Assembly: GCA_028534125.1 (NCBI GenBank)
Contig: CM052817.1
Span: 21,144,001-21,208,000 of the forward strand
Source: Lama glama
Taxonomy: Eukaryota
DNA: 64,000 nucleotides
Reading direction: 5' to 3'
This document shows, piece by piece, positions 26,336 to 39,362 of the stretch. The notes beneath the pieces were generated by a model. That model ran no database searches. It was given only the letters and a program-made list of their open reading frames with translations, and had not been told where the DNA came from. The position numbers and the translations under genes were made by a program. Within the stretch, counting starts at the first letter, position 1; every line of letters starts with the position of its first letter.

Positions 26336-28399
26336 TACTGTATTGTTCTCAGCAAAATGATCTGAAATTATTTTAAAAATCAACTGCAGAAGAGATATAA
26401 TTGTTCCTGAGTTTTCTAAATCTAATTTAATATAAATTTTGACAGTGTATTATACATTTAGAAAGAAATCAGTATTTTAAAATTCAGGAAGAAGCTAAGT
26501 AAACATTTCAGAAAAGGGATCAATTATTAAATGTGTGAGGAGAGAGATACTTTATTAGTTAATTTAATCAATATTTTTTCTTTACCAGATATGAATTTAT
26601 CATATTTGATGCTTAATCACAGTCCACTAGAATTCAGATTTAGTTTATTACAACAGCTAAGTTAAAGGATTTACATGAAATATATGTACTAAAATTGATT
26701 ATAATACAGATTTCTAACAATTCTCCTTTACTGCCGAGATATATTTAATTTTATTCTCTTTGATGTTGATAAAAATCTATACTGAGAGCCAGTTTTCTTC
26801 TTAAAAAAATTTTAAAGATGTAGCTTATTATTCATGGACTCTGGACTTGAAACAGATTCAAACAGATCAGTGTTCATATCAATTGTAGAATATTTATTTT
26901 TAGGTGATAACATTTTATTAAAAATTTTCCTGAAAGAAATTAGGAAGGAATTATACTTGAAGAATAAAAACAATCCATATGAATCAATACAAAGGAAATT
27001 AAAATAAATCAGTAAAAATGAAATTGATATAATGTTTCATGACGAAAATGATTCATTTTCGTACTGTGTTTCTGGATTCATTCAGTGTTTTCACGCTAGT
27101 TATTTAATTTTAATATATATTAACTTTTCCTTTTCTTTGTTTAATGATTTTTACCATCAAGTAAACAAACTGTGTATTAATCACTGATATAATTTATATG
27201 CTTTTCTAACTCATAAAAAATTATTTTCCAGTATTATTAATTGCATATATTCTTTTTATTATAAACATTTTAGTCTTTGACAGAACATCACTGGAAAAAG
27301 CTAAAATAACAGTAGTGGCTTGTACAGGGACCAAATTTGATCTTCTGATTTTAATAATATTTTCAGCAATTCTTACATTTACCACTCCATGAATTTTACT
27401 TTATAAAAATCCTTGACTACTAACCAAGAAAACATAAATTTGTCTCTGTTTGTTTGTTTACAGTTAAAAAGGAAGCTTTCCTACAAGTAAGCTGCAATCT
27501 TAATACAGTGACTATTTAGGATGGTGAATCCAAGAATTAGGAAATCATGTTGTCCTGTTGAAGCAATTATTCATGTCCTGAAGTCTAAATAACTTAGAAG
27601 TTTCAAGACATGATGTATGTAGGAAAATCTTTATTGAAAAATATTAATTGCCAAATAATAGTAGTTGGATAGTAAGAAGAAACATACAGGCATCTGATAC
27701 ATAGTGTATAATATAAATAAAATATGGCTTTACAAGATGAGTGCTATTGGAAGTAAATTCCTATAATATTTAAATCACACAGAGTGATGGAATCCTAAAT
27801 ACGGTTCATGTCATGTATTTACTTATTAAAAGACCACAGTTCATGAGTATTAAAATGGGAGACAGGAAATTGAAAATTGTCTTAAGTCAACACCTGTATG
27901 TGTGAGGGAGGTGGATGGCCACAGGAACCAGTGAAATGGTGAGTTACAAGACAAACTTTAAAGTTTTGCCTTTTGATTTCTTACATTTACTTTTCCTTAG
28001 GTGCGAGAGAAGAGTAATTAACATCTTGGATGTATGTTGGTAATGGCCTTCATTACTCTTATTCTGCCCCTGCAAGTCTCCAAAATTTAACTGAGTTCTT
28101 TCTCCCAGTATCATATTCCCCAAAAGGTTAAAAGTGTAACTCTGAAGAGAGAAATTTCCTGATTTAAAAAAAAATTAAATAAATAAAATAAAGAACGTAG
28201 TAGTCAACTGTGGTACTTGGAGCTTCTGACCTAGCGGTCTTCACTGTTGCTTTTCTCTGACCTCACTGGGCTAATAAGGACTGAGATCTGGCTGTAAATC
28301 ACTCCCCAGTCCAGATTACTAGACAGAGTAGATGAAACCCTTAGAAAAATATTAGCTTAAAAGACAAAATAATTAAACTAGAGCTACCTCAAAATAAAG

Positions 28400-31300
28400 A
28401 CTAAAATTGACAGCTTATACTAAATGAGTATAGAAAAGATATATCTGGGATTTAAAATATACTTAATACATGTTCATAAAGAGAAAAGGGAAGATATTAA
28501 AATGCAAGCAGGAATAAGAACCTAGTTGTACTAATTGTTTATTTAAATGCAAACTAGTTGAATCAATGAATACAGTGGATAGGATAAGTACTGAGACAGA
28601 TGTAGGTAAAGAATAACTTAAGGATACATCTATCTAGGTATAAGGAAAATATTAAAGATATCAAATATAAAAGAGGTAAGATATATGGAGGCAAGAAATA
28701 CACTCACTAACATCTGAATAATATTAGACCCATTGATTAAAAAACAAGGGCAAAAATAAAAATAAAAGAAGAAAGAGAGGAAGGGTGTGTAGGGGAAGAT
28801 GTTTGAAAATTAATGTAAACCTAGTTCTCGAAAGAGTTAAAGGTTATTTGATCTTGTCGAAAACGTCCAATAAGACATTTGCTCCATACCAAACATTTGG
28901 TCTTATCCAAAACATCCATGAGCATATTTGGTCCATGCCTAATGATTCTGGACAGGAGCAATTACAAGGACCTTTTGGCATGGACCAAATATCTTATGGA
29001 CTCTCTGGACAAGACAAATGGTCCTGCAAATATCAAGGACATTTTGGTGTGGACCAAATGCCTTATGGACCAAATATTCCATGGACCTGATGTCTTATGG
29101 ATATTTTGAAGTGGGTCAAATGTCTCTGCGGATGTTTTAGACAGGATCAAATATAACCAAATATTAAGGATATTTTGGCATGGACCAAATGTATCATGAA
29201 CCAAATGCCTTATGGACATTTTAGACAAAACCAATGTTCTACAAGACTCAAAAGTTAAAAATCAATTTGCAAGATCTCAGATTAGAAAGCTGCACAGAAG
29301 TCAAACAGGAAAGGAAATATCCATTATTAAATTGAAATTTATGAACACCAAACTAAAGAATACGAAGACAAATAAAAAATTATAAGAGATTCTACAGAAG
29401 GAAAAAAACAGTTCATTTACAAAGAAACAAGAATCAGGCTGACATTAAATTTTGAACAGCAACACTGAATGAAAAAGGACAATTAATTGATAGCTTTATT
29501 ATCTAGAAAGAAAATGATCATAGATGTAAACTTTTAGATCTTGTTAAAATGTCACTGAAATATGAGGATATAGTGAAAATATTTTCAGGTGTACAAACCA
29601 TAGATGATTTGTCTTCAGAAATCCACATGGGAAATATTTTTATAGGAAGTACCTACGTAATAATATTAATTTTAAAAATTCATAAAGTACTCAAGAGCAT
29701 TAAAGAAAGAAAGTGATCATATATCTTGATAAAAGTGTCTTGTAAAAAAAAACTACATACAAAGGGGAAAATGAGATATAAAGTATATAAGGAAGAAATA
29801 AAATTTTAATCACTGTGATTATTGTTGGATATATGACCTGGTATGAAAACATGCTGATATATTTGTCTAATTATAGGAAAAATACAAACATTAATAAGTT
29901 TAGATGAATTAATGAATAGTAGTTAGAAATTTTAACAAACCTCTTTTGTTAGCTGATAATTTTTTCAGTAGAAAAAATTAAGAAGAGACATCAAAATTTA
30001 GCAAGTCTAACATGCCTGACCTATGAATATAGATAACTTGACCCCAAAGTAATAGTCTCCAGCATATACAAGCATATGTTGAACGTTTTCACAAATAGAC
30101 AATTATTTAGGCCAGAAGTATACATCAGTAAATTCCTAGAGATAAATATCAGATTACATTCTCTAAATATAAGGCAATAAAATTGGAAAGTAATAACCAA
30201 TACGTAGACTATAAATCCACATAATTAGAAATGTACTTTACACTTAAAAATTAACCAGGCAGCTAATTAACAAATATTTAGAATTAAAGTGCTGTAATAC
30301 CATCTGTCAAAATATGTGAAAACAAAGCTACCATAGAAGAGAAATCTAAAAATTTAAATTCATTAACTCAAAAGAAAAACATAGGAAAAAGTACAACAGA
30401 AACAATAACAACAAGAAAATTTAAAAATCAAGAAAAAATGAAATCAATATAAGGGTAAAACTAAACACAACAAAAATACAAGATTATAGAAACAAACATG
30501 TTCTTTGAATAGATGAATAAAAAAGACTGGTCTTTATCAGCACTAGTCAAGAAATGCTAAGAGATGATGCAAATAAATACAATATTAGGTTAAATATATG
30601 AAAATAAATTTACAGATGGAGGAGATTGATTACAAATGCTAGTAGGAAAAGAAAAAAAACCCTAATTTTAAAACAGTTAATATAGATTAACAATATAGAC
30701 TGTCTTTGTGACACAGAAGATCAATTAGGGATGATAAAGTATCTCTTTAAACATAAAAGGTAAATTCATTAAAATTATTAATTTGATTACTTTATATCAA
30801 AATTAAATATTTCCTTTCAATTAAGTACAATGAGGAAAAATGTTAATAGACAATTGACAGAGAAGTGAACCATACTTAAAATACCTAAAGCCGACAAAGG
30901 ATTATTAGATAAAAAGTCCATGATAATTCCTTGCAGGTGCATTTCAAACACCTTAAAGTACTCTTTGGGAATGTGCTGAAGGAAATTAAAGAGATACAGA
31001 GATAATTAGAAAAGTAATATAAAAATAATAGTTAATTTTATATGACTAATTACTTGCCAGGTCTTGTTCAAGTATGTTAACTCACATTTCCCTCCACTCA
31101 TTTGGTCTGTGAAACTTTTACACATACCTATTAATATCTTGCAGAATCTATTGCACTGAAGTCATTACCAATAAAGTCAAGAATAAGGACGTGATGCCTG
31201 TTTTTATCACTATTATTCAAAATGATCCCTGATGCTAGTAAAAGCAGGAAGCTGGAAACAGAAATAATAACTTGTGGAAAAGCTTGCCTACCTAGAGCAG

Positions 31301-31850
31301 CTATGAAACTCCAATTAGAGCTGGAATGTAACAAGTGAGTTGAGGAAGTTGGGCAGATATGTACATTTTTAATGGCTTACTCCTTGGCAATAGTGAGTTA
31401 GAAAGTACAATGGAAGCAATACATTAATCAACAATATGAAAATTACAATGAAATTATAAAATATGAGCCAATGATCTGGGAGAAAATTATGAAGAATCTA
31501 TATAAACATAAAAAATATGTTAAGGCATATTCAAAATTTTTAAATAAGTTAAAAGGTGAATTATATGCCATTGTGAAATTATCATTATTTTTCAAAGCTA
31601 TTTTATACATTTAGTGTAAAATAATTCAAATAATTTTTGAAAACTGAAATCATATCTTAAAAACTTAGAGGAAGAATTTGATAACCATCACTACACAAAA
31701 GTAGCAGAAAAATGATTTATAATAATGAATATGATACAAGTTACCATACAAAAGTGCAATGGAATATTGGCCTAGGCTTGGAAAGAGTAATGGAAAATAA
31801 ATATAAAATGAATTCATAAATGATCAATAAAGTTCCATCAAATCAATTTG
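28400..31850 (+). mobile_element. Ancient L1/HAL1-like body (ORF1 remnant, then ORF2 remnants), interrupted
   Basis: TTTACAAAGAAACAAGAATCAGGCTGACA (ORF1 'TYKG..IRL'), TTTCACAAATAGACAATTATTTAGGCCA (EN 'FSKIDH.LGHK'), RT-like text at ~31150-31240. Confidence 0.65.
28842..29240. repeat. Fold-back element built from GGACCAAATG/GGACATTTT units in inverted orientation; probable non-autonomous DNA transposon
   Basis: Left GGTTATTTGATCTTGTCGAAAACGTCC is near reverse-complementary to GGATGTTTTAGACAGGATCAAATATAACC (29130-29158); repeated TGGACCAAAT units. Confidence 0.7.
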
Positions 31851-31869
31851 GGAAGGACTAATAACTGTT

Positions 31870-32245
31870 TTGCTTGATCAGCTCTGCTCTCACTGAGTGG
31901 GATGCGGACCAAGCCCACTCAGCTCCTTTGGCACATAGAGTAAGAGTGAAGTTAGAGGGCTTCACTGCTTCTGGGATGACCTTTATGCAAAGGCGGTGGG
32001 AGGCAGGTGTCAGTGAATAAATAGGTCATTCCTCATTTCAGGCTGAAAATTCTGAGGTGTATTCTAAATAGTAGGGTTGATGCCCAGTTTCCCACTTAAC
32101 CAGCTGAATCGTGCCTTCTCAGTTTAGTTTTTCCCTCTTACTCCATAAGCCTTCTCAATGTCTTCCTCTTCCCTGTTTTCATACCCTAAAATAATTATCC
32201 AGGTGGTGTATACAAGCGCTGATTTTGGTGGGGGTGAGCTCAGCT
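31870..32245 (+). mobile_element. ERVL LTR (LTR16-family-like)
   Basis: GGGAGGCAGG...GTGAATAAAT...AAAATTCTGAGGTGTATTCTA...CCCAGTT pattern. Confidence 0.5.
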
Positions 32246-32520
32246 ACTGAACGAGATGGAAAGAAAGCTTCAGAAAAAAAGCAACAACAACAACACAGAG
32301 TTGCTTGGGATACCTCTGGACCCTTAAGCTTTTCTCCCTTTCACTTCTGTAGACCATAGAAATGATGCTTTTAGGGACAAGTAGCTATCTTTAAAATAGA
32401 AGTTGTTACATAAAGGCAAGACCTAATTCTAACGCTAGGAGAACACCAAGAAGAGTCTAGTTTTATCATGCCATTGCTAAACTCTACTTATTTAAGCCTT
32501 CCTACTAGGTTTTGCCATTA

Positions 32521-32816
32521 CAACTGATCCTTGAACAAAGGGTGCGCATGTGTGTGTGTATGTGTAGTGCGGAACTGGGCGGGGGTGGGGCGAGGTGAAG
32601 GAGTAGGAAGAGGGGTAGGTTAGGGGCCTGACTCCCAGCGCAGTGGAATATCCTTGTATGATTTATAGTCTGCCCTCCATATGGGAAGTTCCCCATCTGT
32701 GGATTCAACTAAGCTGTAATGTGTGGTAGTATTTACTACTCAAAACACAACAAAACAAAACAAAATGTGTTAGTGGATCTGCCCAGTTCAAACCTGTGTT
32801 ATTCAAGGGTAAATTG
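32521..32816 (-). mobile_element. Tigger2-derived MITE
   Basis: TIRs CAACTGATCCTTGAACAA / TTATTCAAGGGTAAATTG; TA on both sides (32519-20, 32817-18); GTGGATCTGCCCAGTTCAAACC. Confidence 0.85.
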
Positions 32817-33489
32817 TACTTATAGCCAGAAATGTTCTTGACTAAGGATATTCAGTATAATCTCAGTAGATCTTAATTTGGAAATAAAACAGGACCTATA
32901 CAACAGAGGAATGATCAAGAGCCTTTTAATAGCCTAGTTATCCCTGCTGAGTTGGATTATAGCACATTTTTATTCTTTTCATTATAATTTTCTGACTTTA
33001 AAAACTGTCTATATTTGTAATTTAAAATAAAAAGGTGTAAAATTTAACAAAAATATGAACAGATATTAAACACTTAAAGAAATAAGTGAAGGAACCAATC
33101 TATAATACTAAAGAAAGGAGGTAGTTTGATAAAAGTCAAGAATGAATTAATTTCAGATTCTAGTTTTGTCATCTTATACCTAGGATAATTGATAATTTGG
33201 GCTGGGATAAACTAAGTGTCAAACAAAATTTGATGTAGCTGGTTTATGTAAAAAAAGAAACAAATTAAGGAATCAAGGCTATAACAAAGAGCCTAAACCA
33301 GGAAACGTAACTATAGATGTAACTTTACCAGCAAACTCCCATTACCTCCCATCTCCTTAACAATCTTATTTTATTATTATAATTCCAGGGCTGGGACCTT
33401 GTGAAATGCTACCCACTCATCAGAAATGTGACAGTAGATTTAAGAGAAGTTTCCTGGCTTAGGTAAGCAGCTTGATAAAGTCAGCTACT

Positions 33490-33564
33490 GTTTTGTTTTG
33501 TTTTGTTTTGTTTTGTTTTGTTTTGCTTTGTTTTGTTTTGTTTTGTTTTGTTTTGTTTTGTTTT
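33490..33564 (+). repeat. (GTTTT)n microsatellite, ~15 units
   Basis: Direct reading. Confidence 0.97.
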
Positions 33565-34389
33565 ATTATTTTATGACCTCTTTTAAAAATTATATGTGAA
33601 TTTTTTTCCTAGATAAATTACCTTATACTTCTTATACATCCCCAGATTGATGAATATTACACTTTTCTGCTTACATTCAGAGTCAAGAACTCTTCATATC
33701 ACTTATACTCATAAATTAGGCATTTTATTCTCTGAAAGAATTTGGTGTCATTGGTATCTGTCCATTTGTTATCAACTACAAAACTAAAAGGTTTTGTCTT
33801 TCTATTATCTTAAGAAAACAGTTTCATAAGTAATTGTCCCACTCCAATATTCAGATCTTTTCTGTTACTTTTCTAAAATTTCAGGCTTGAGAAAATAAAG
33901 TCTGAATCTCAAAAGGCAGTATCTACTAGTATAATTAATCTCTGCTTAATTATCATATGGTAAAGATTGTTAATTTTTCACTGAGAATAAGAGGAATCTT
34001 CTTTGTCCTCAATTCTACTTAGTCCATACCATATTTTATGTACTGTCACTTTAAAGGCTTACTTCCAGAAAATAATGTCTATATTTGTCAATTTTTTCTC
34101 AGTTAGCAGTGACAAATAATACAATGCAATTTAAATAACAAAACAGGAATTTGTGTATTTATGCTGTTAGAATGACTTTGGGGACAAATGGGGCTAATGT
34201 TTTAAATGGTCATTTCAGAACCCTCTATCAGTCTCTGCTTCCCTCTGTATATTGGTTTTTTTTCTTGCAGCTCTTTCCTCCTTGCAGTCAAGCAATACAA
34301 CCATCAGCAGTTTAAGGCAAATTTTGTTTAATGTTTTGCTGTCAAAGAGGAAGCTAGCATGTCTTTTCCACTGAATTTACTTAAGATGT

Positions 34390-34470
34390 TTCAGGGAAGA
34401 ATCTCATTGGTTTATTTTGTGGATAAAGAATTCAGGGAAGAATCTCATTGGTTTATCTTGTGGATAAAGA
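34390..34470 (+). repeat. 41-bp-period tandem duplication
   Basis: TTCAGGGAAGAATCTCATTGGTTTAT(T/C)TTGTGGATAAAGA twice, one mismatch. Confidence 0.95.
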
Positions 34471-34759
34471 TAATGGGCCCAGCATATGTTCTAAGCCTAC
34501 CCTTTGCTGAGGGGTGGCTCTCACTGCATCTATATTGAGTATAGGGCAACTTCTTAGACCAATAAAGCAAAACAAACAAGAGCAAGAACAAGAGAAATGG
34601 AGGAAAAATTCTCTGGATGGTAAAAAATCATAGGTTAATATGTCATCTAAGTTTATCATTATTTGACAAAAGAAATTAATTAAAAAGAAATTTACCAAAT
34701 AAACTAAATGATAACTTCCCTCTCCCACAAAAAAATTTAAGATGAAGTACTCTCAAAGG

Positions 34760-34885
34760 CAGAGTGTCAAAGTGGAAAGAACTATGTCATGGAAGTTGTG
34801 TATACCTAAGTTGAAATCTTGTCTCAGACATGTTTGATGGATTTGAACAAATTCTAACTCTCAAGAGCTTATTTTGCAACTTCTT
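34760..34885 (+). mobile_element. MIR fragment
   Basis: AGTGGAAAGAAC...GTTGAAATCTTGTCTC...TTTGAACAAATT. Confidence 0.45.
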
Positions 34886-37639
34886 ACCAGAAAAAAAAAA
34901 TCCCTTCAAAGTATTGGGTATTTTGCTGAAAAGTTTTTGTAATATCAATAAATAGTGGAAAATAGTTAATTAATAAGTCATTGAAATATAATAGTGTCTA
35001 CAGCTTTGCAGCAAGTATTTAAATGACTGTAATATATATAATACTCTAGTTTAATTAAAGTATTGTTATGCATTATGGCAGAGTTATGCTACAAAGTACT
35101 AATCAGTGAATTTTCTCTCGTTTGTTTGTTTACCATTCTGCTTTCTTTCTAGTACCATAAAGCAGCATAGGTGTACCTGAAGTTAAAAAAACATCCACTA
35201 ACTTAAGTGTGGGATCGAAACTATAAATTCATTTTTTTAAAGCAAGTTTTTGTTCTACTGAAGATGAAAAAAGACATGAGCTGAGGAAAGACAAATGAAT
35301 CCCATCTTCAGAGGAGGGGAAGGTCTCCGGGAGGACCAGAGAGCAGGCTGAAGGAGCACTGAAATACTCAGTGCTAAGCTATCTTAGATTCTGCATCCTC
35401 TCTCCAGCCAACATCACATTATCTTTAACTCTTGTAAAACTGATTAGACAATTTAATGGGGAGAGGGGGGCATGTGGAAAAGCCTACTAATCTGATGGGC
35501 ACAAAACAAAACTTGTTGATGCTTTCCTTTTAACATTTAGCCTATTAAGACACTGTGAGTTTATACACTTGAGATTTTTGTTTTTGTTCTAAACTACACA
35601 TCCTCACGTTGTCACAGTGTTAAAACTATGGTAGTAAGCAAACTCTTAATTAATGTTTCTTCAATTGCCACAAATACAACTTGCACTTGAACTTCATCTA
35701 ATTTTCTGTTCTAAAATTGACACAACAAAACGATCGTCTTCTATGATTTTTACTATATTCTCTACTCTATAATATAGCTCTGTCTCTTCTGTATAAAGTC
35801 AATAAAATAGTGCTTCAGATATTAATGATGTAATATTATAGTTTAATATGTAAAGCACTATAAAATAAATCCTATTGCCACATTTAATTTGTTTAGCAAA
35901 ACATACCTTCCTTCAGTTATTAAGTATTTTATTGACTTTACACTTTTACATTAGTAAATGCTTATTAGAATCAGTGTTAGGAATGTCTGTGGGACTATTG
36001 GAGGGGAAAATGGTGGCTTTTACCTTTAAGAAGTTTATGGTCTAGATTGAGATACAAATATTAAAATGAAGTATTGAGACCAGTACAAATGTATTGAAGT
36101 TAATATGGATTACATAAGTTTAGGGTGTTGGGAGAATTCAGTTATTCCAGTTGAATTTCCAAGATTGTGTAAGTTTTCTATTTGTTTATTTGTTTTAACA
36201 AGTAGCAAGGAAGCCTGAGTTCATAAGGAAAGTACATGGGGAATTTTTTTTTAAGCCTGGTAAGCTTATGGAGAGTATATCAATGAAAAAAGTCCACTGA
36301 TGGAACAAGTAAACTCTAAATTTCAGAGTATTGCAGCAACCAGTGTTTTGTTTATTTGTTTGCTTTGTTTTTTCCTTAATTATGCTAACTATCTATCCAT
36401 TCATGCCATTTTCCCAGCAGGACCAGCCTGAGGGATCACCCATCTCTGTCTAGAATACTGACAGTCTCTTGACAGACAAAAAAGAGATATGCAAACTATA
36501 AGTCAATCCTAAATCTGTCCAAATGACACATTGGCCAAATTAAGTCATATAGACATTCCTGAGATGAATGGCATACAGTAGAATAATCCTCCTAGAATGA
36601 GACTTAACATTTTAAAATACAAACTATCACAAAGAGCTCAAACCTTTAGCTCATAACATTAATTTGAGTTCCCAGGTAAAAGTTTTCTAAAATTGTTTAC
36701 ACTTGAAACACTTGTCTTGCAAACATGGCTTACTACCCTAGAGGAGAAAGGTTGAAGGTATACGTGGACACGTTTATTACCAGCTTCTAACACAATGTCT
36801 CAAACACAGGCTTAATACATGGCAACTGAACAAAGCAATGATCACAACCAGAACATTTAATCAGCCCATGGCATAATCCTTCTACATGATATAGAACATT
36901 GTCCAGTAACAATTTCCTTAAATGTCAGTTTCTGTATAAGGCAAAATTCTCTGTAAAGAAATCCAGATCCTATCATCATTCTCACATCAATTTAATGAGA
37001 CATTCTTAGATTATACAATCAGAGATGTAATTATTTTATTTGTATTGCTGCTTCCTTGTATATTGCTTGGATTTTCTTTAGACTCAAAGTTCCATCAAGG
37101 TAAAGACTGTGAGAGGGTTTGATACGCGGGACGATGCTTAGTAAGTGTTAGCAGAATGGAGGTATTTTAGAAGCCTTAAACAGGCTTTGAAATCATGTAG
37201 GCGACATTAGTTAGTAATCATTATATGAGACATTTCCTATGTTTCAGTTGTGTGGGTAACTACATTACTGAGATGAAGAAAATGTGCAAATGGTTCTGGG
37301 TCCAGTAGGATAATGCTGTTACGGGTTGTAGATTCTCTTCTTACATGATGCCGTTCTTGCAAGAATTTGTTATTTGGCAGAAACAGAAATCACTGTCTTA
37401 TAGGCTGTTTCTCAAAGAGATTCTCAAAAATTGCTGACTTCCTCTACTACTCCTTCCTTTGGATGGGTCCAACTTTCCATGGTGATGATAAGAGGAGAGT
37501 GCGCAATCAAAGCAGCAACCAGCAACTCTTAAAAGACACAGGAAAATAAACCTTGTCCTAGATCATGGATCCTTCCAAGCGGCAACATTACGGAATAGAA
37601 TAAAGGATGCACTGTGGATTTGTAACATTTCCTCAGTGG

Positions 37640-37649
37640 GGAAAGTCCC
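37640..37649 (-). promoter_or_regulatory. Canonical NF-kB site
   Basis: GGAAAGTCCC is the reverse complement of GGGACTTTCC; motif only, function unproven. Confidence 0.4.
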
Positions 37650-39362
37650 AGGTACCATAGCTTGTGTTTTCACTTTCTTTTTAAAACATGCAAGTCATAT
37701 TCTTCCCTGTCGTGACATCATGCTTTGTCTTCAGCTCTGCCTACTCTCTGGTAGAGCTAACTAAACTAAGTAAACAGTTTTTTTTAAATTTTCATTTACA
37801 GGTAGTTTTCCTCATTACATTATTATAACCACATGTGAATTTGAAGTGGCCAGTGTAACAGTGAGTGACATATCCCTGTTGAATCTTATAAAGAGCTTTA
37901 TTTCTTTCCCAATTCTGCCTTAGGAACTCTCACTCTAGAGGTTAAAATGTTGTGAACCTTTCCTCTGGACTGCCTGTTTTCTCCCTCTGCTTTCAGGATC
38001 TCTCTCACGCTCTCTGGCTCTCCCTCTGCCCCTCTACTCCCTACAGTCTCTGGCTAATAAGTAATTTCTCCTGAATACACCACCCGAGTTCCTTTTATTC
38101 ACCTCTGCCATTTGGCTGCCCTCCCTTCCTTCTGTACCAGAACTATCTTCTGTGTTCATATTTTAACAATACCTCATGTTCAGTCTTTGCTATTATTTTA
38201 GTATGTCTTACCCAGCTTTTTGTTGTTGTTTACCTCCTTTTAAAAAAGAGCCCATTAGTGATATTTTCCTTGTCTGTGCTAAAAGAAGAAGAATAATAAC
38301 CATTATTTTGAAAACGTTTTATCGCCTTTAAGTCAGTGTATGAATCTTACAGTTACAGACCCAAAATGCCTCATCTATTCTACCCCTTAACATGGCCATT
38401 TAGGAAAATCCATTATCTAGGAAAGGATCATTCCCCTGCTGCTTTGTATGAGATTTTTGCTGCAGCTTAGATGATCCTTTCTGTCCTTATATTGAAAATT
38501 AGTTGTAAAATATCAATGGCCCCAATTTCTTCTTCCAATGAATGACCGTTTCTTTCCCAGGTCCAAAAGCATTATCTTTTGATCATATTAAACATCTTTG
38601 TCCCACTTCTTTGCCATGTTGTTTTAAGTGCTGTCATGTTTCACTATCATCTCCAAGTTTACTAATAATTGGTAGGCCATCTTTTCTAAATCATTTTCAT
38701 CATTAAACTACCACCAGACTCCCTGTGATCTGAAAGGTAAATTGTTACACTTCTACTGCATTTGAAGTCACCAAATAGTATCAAAATAAAATTATGACTA
38801 GGTGAAAAGTCTGTCTATCAACAAGAGCAAAAACACTTTGAAACGTTTGCTTGTCTAAATGACGTTTCCCATGATTTTGTAATCTTGTGTAAGCTTCCCT
38901 TTACCACATCTCCAATTTAAATTCTATTAGGAGGCGCTCTAATTTTCTCTCAAGTGGGAAGTCAGATGTGGAACAAATCCATCCCAAAGGAATTGATTCT
39001 ATATTCCACTGAAGACCAGGTAGCTTCCATGTGTCATTTCACCTCATTCATAATGTTTCTCTTTTAGAGTAAATGGGGGTATCCTCTTTAGGAAACTACT
39101 CCATCTCAATTAGAGACATTGCCTCCAGGGGATAACCCCAGAGGAACTAGAATTACAATCATATATCTTGGATAATTGGGCTCAGATTTTGATGGCCTCT
39201 TGTCTCAATTTTACAAAACTTGCCTGAGATTTTACTGGATCCCAGAACTGTCTAACAATATTCAGTTCCTCACAGTCCCTAATCAGCCAGTATTCAACTC
39301 ACCTCACCCATGTGACTTCCTGCAGTATTTTCAAACTCTGCCCCAAATGGGAAATCTCTAAG

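Noticed and set aside
27939..28000. GTGAGT...TTTTCCTTAG mini-intron
   Set aside because: 62 nt is shorter than typical mammalian introns; flanking frames contain early stops
28785..29234. Repetitive ORFs (FGMDQISYG/FGVDQMPYG) suggesting a repeat protein
   Set aside because: Periodicity comes from the DNA repeat; open in several frames and both strands; no gene context
28842..29240. CRISPR-like array
   Set aside because: Units are degenerate, partly inverted and lack unique spacers; mammalian context, no cas genes
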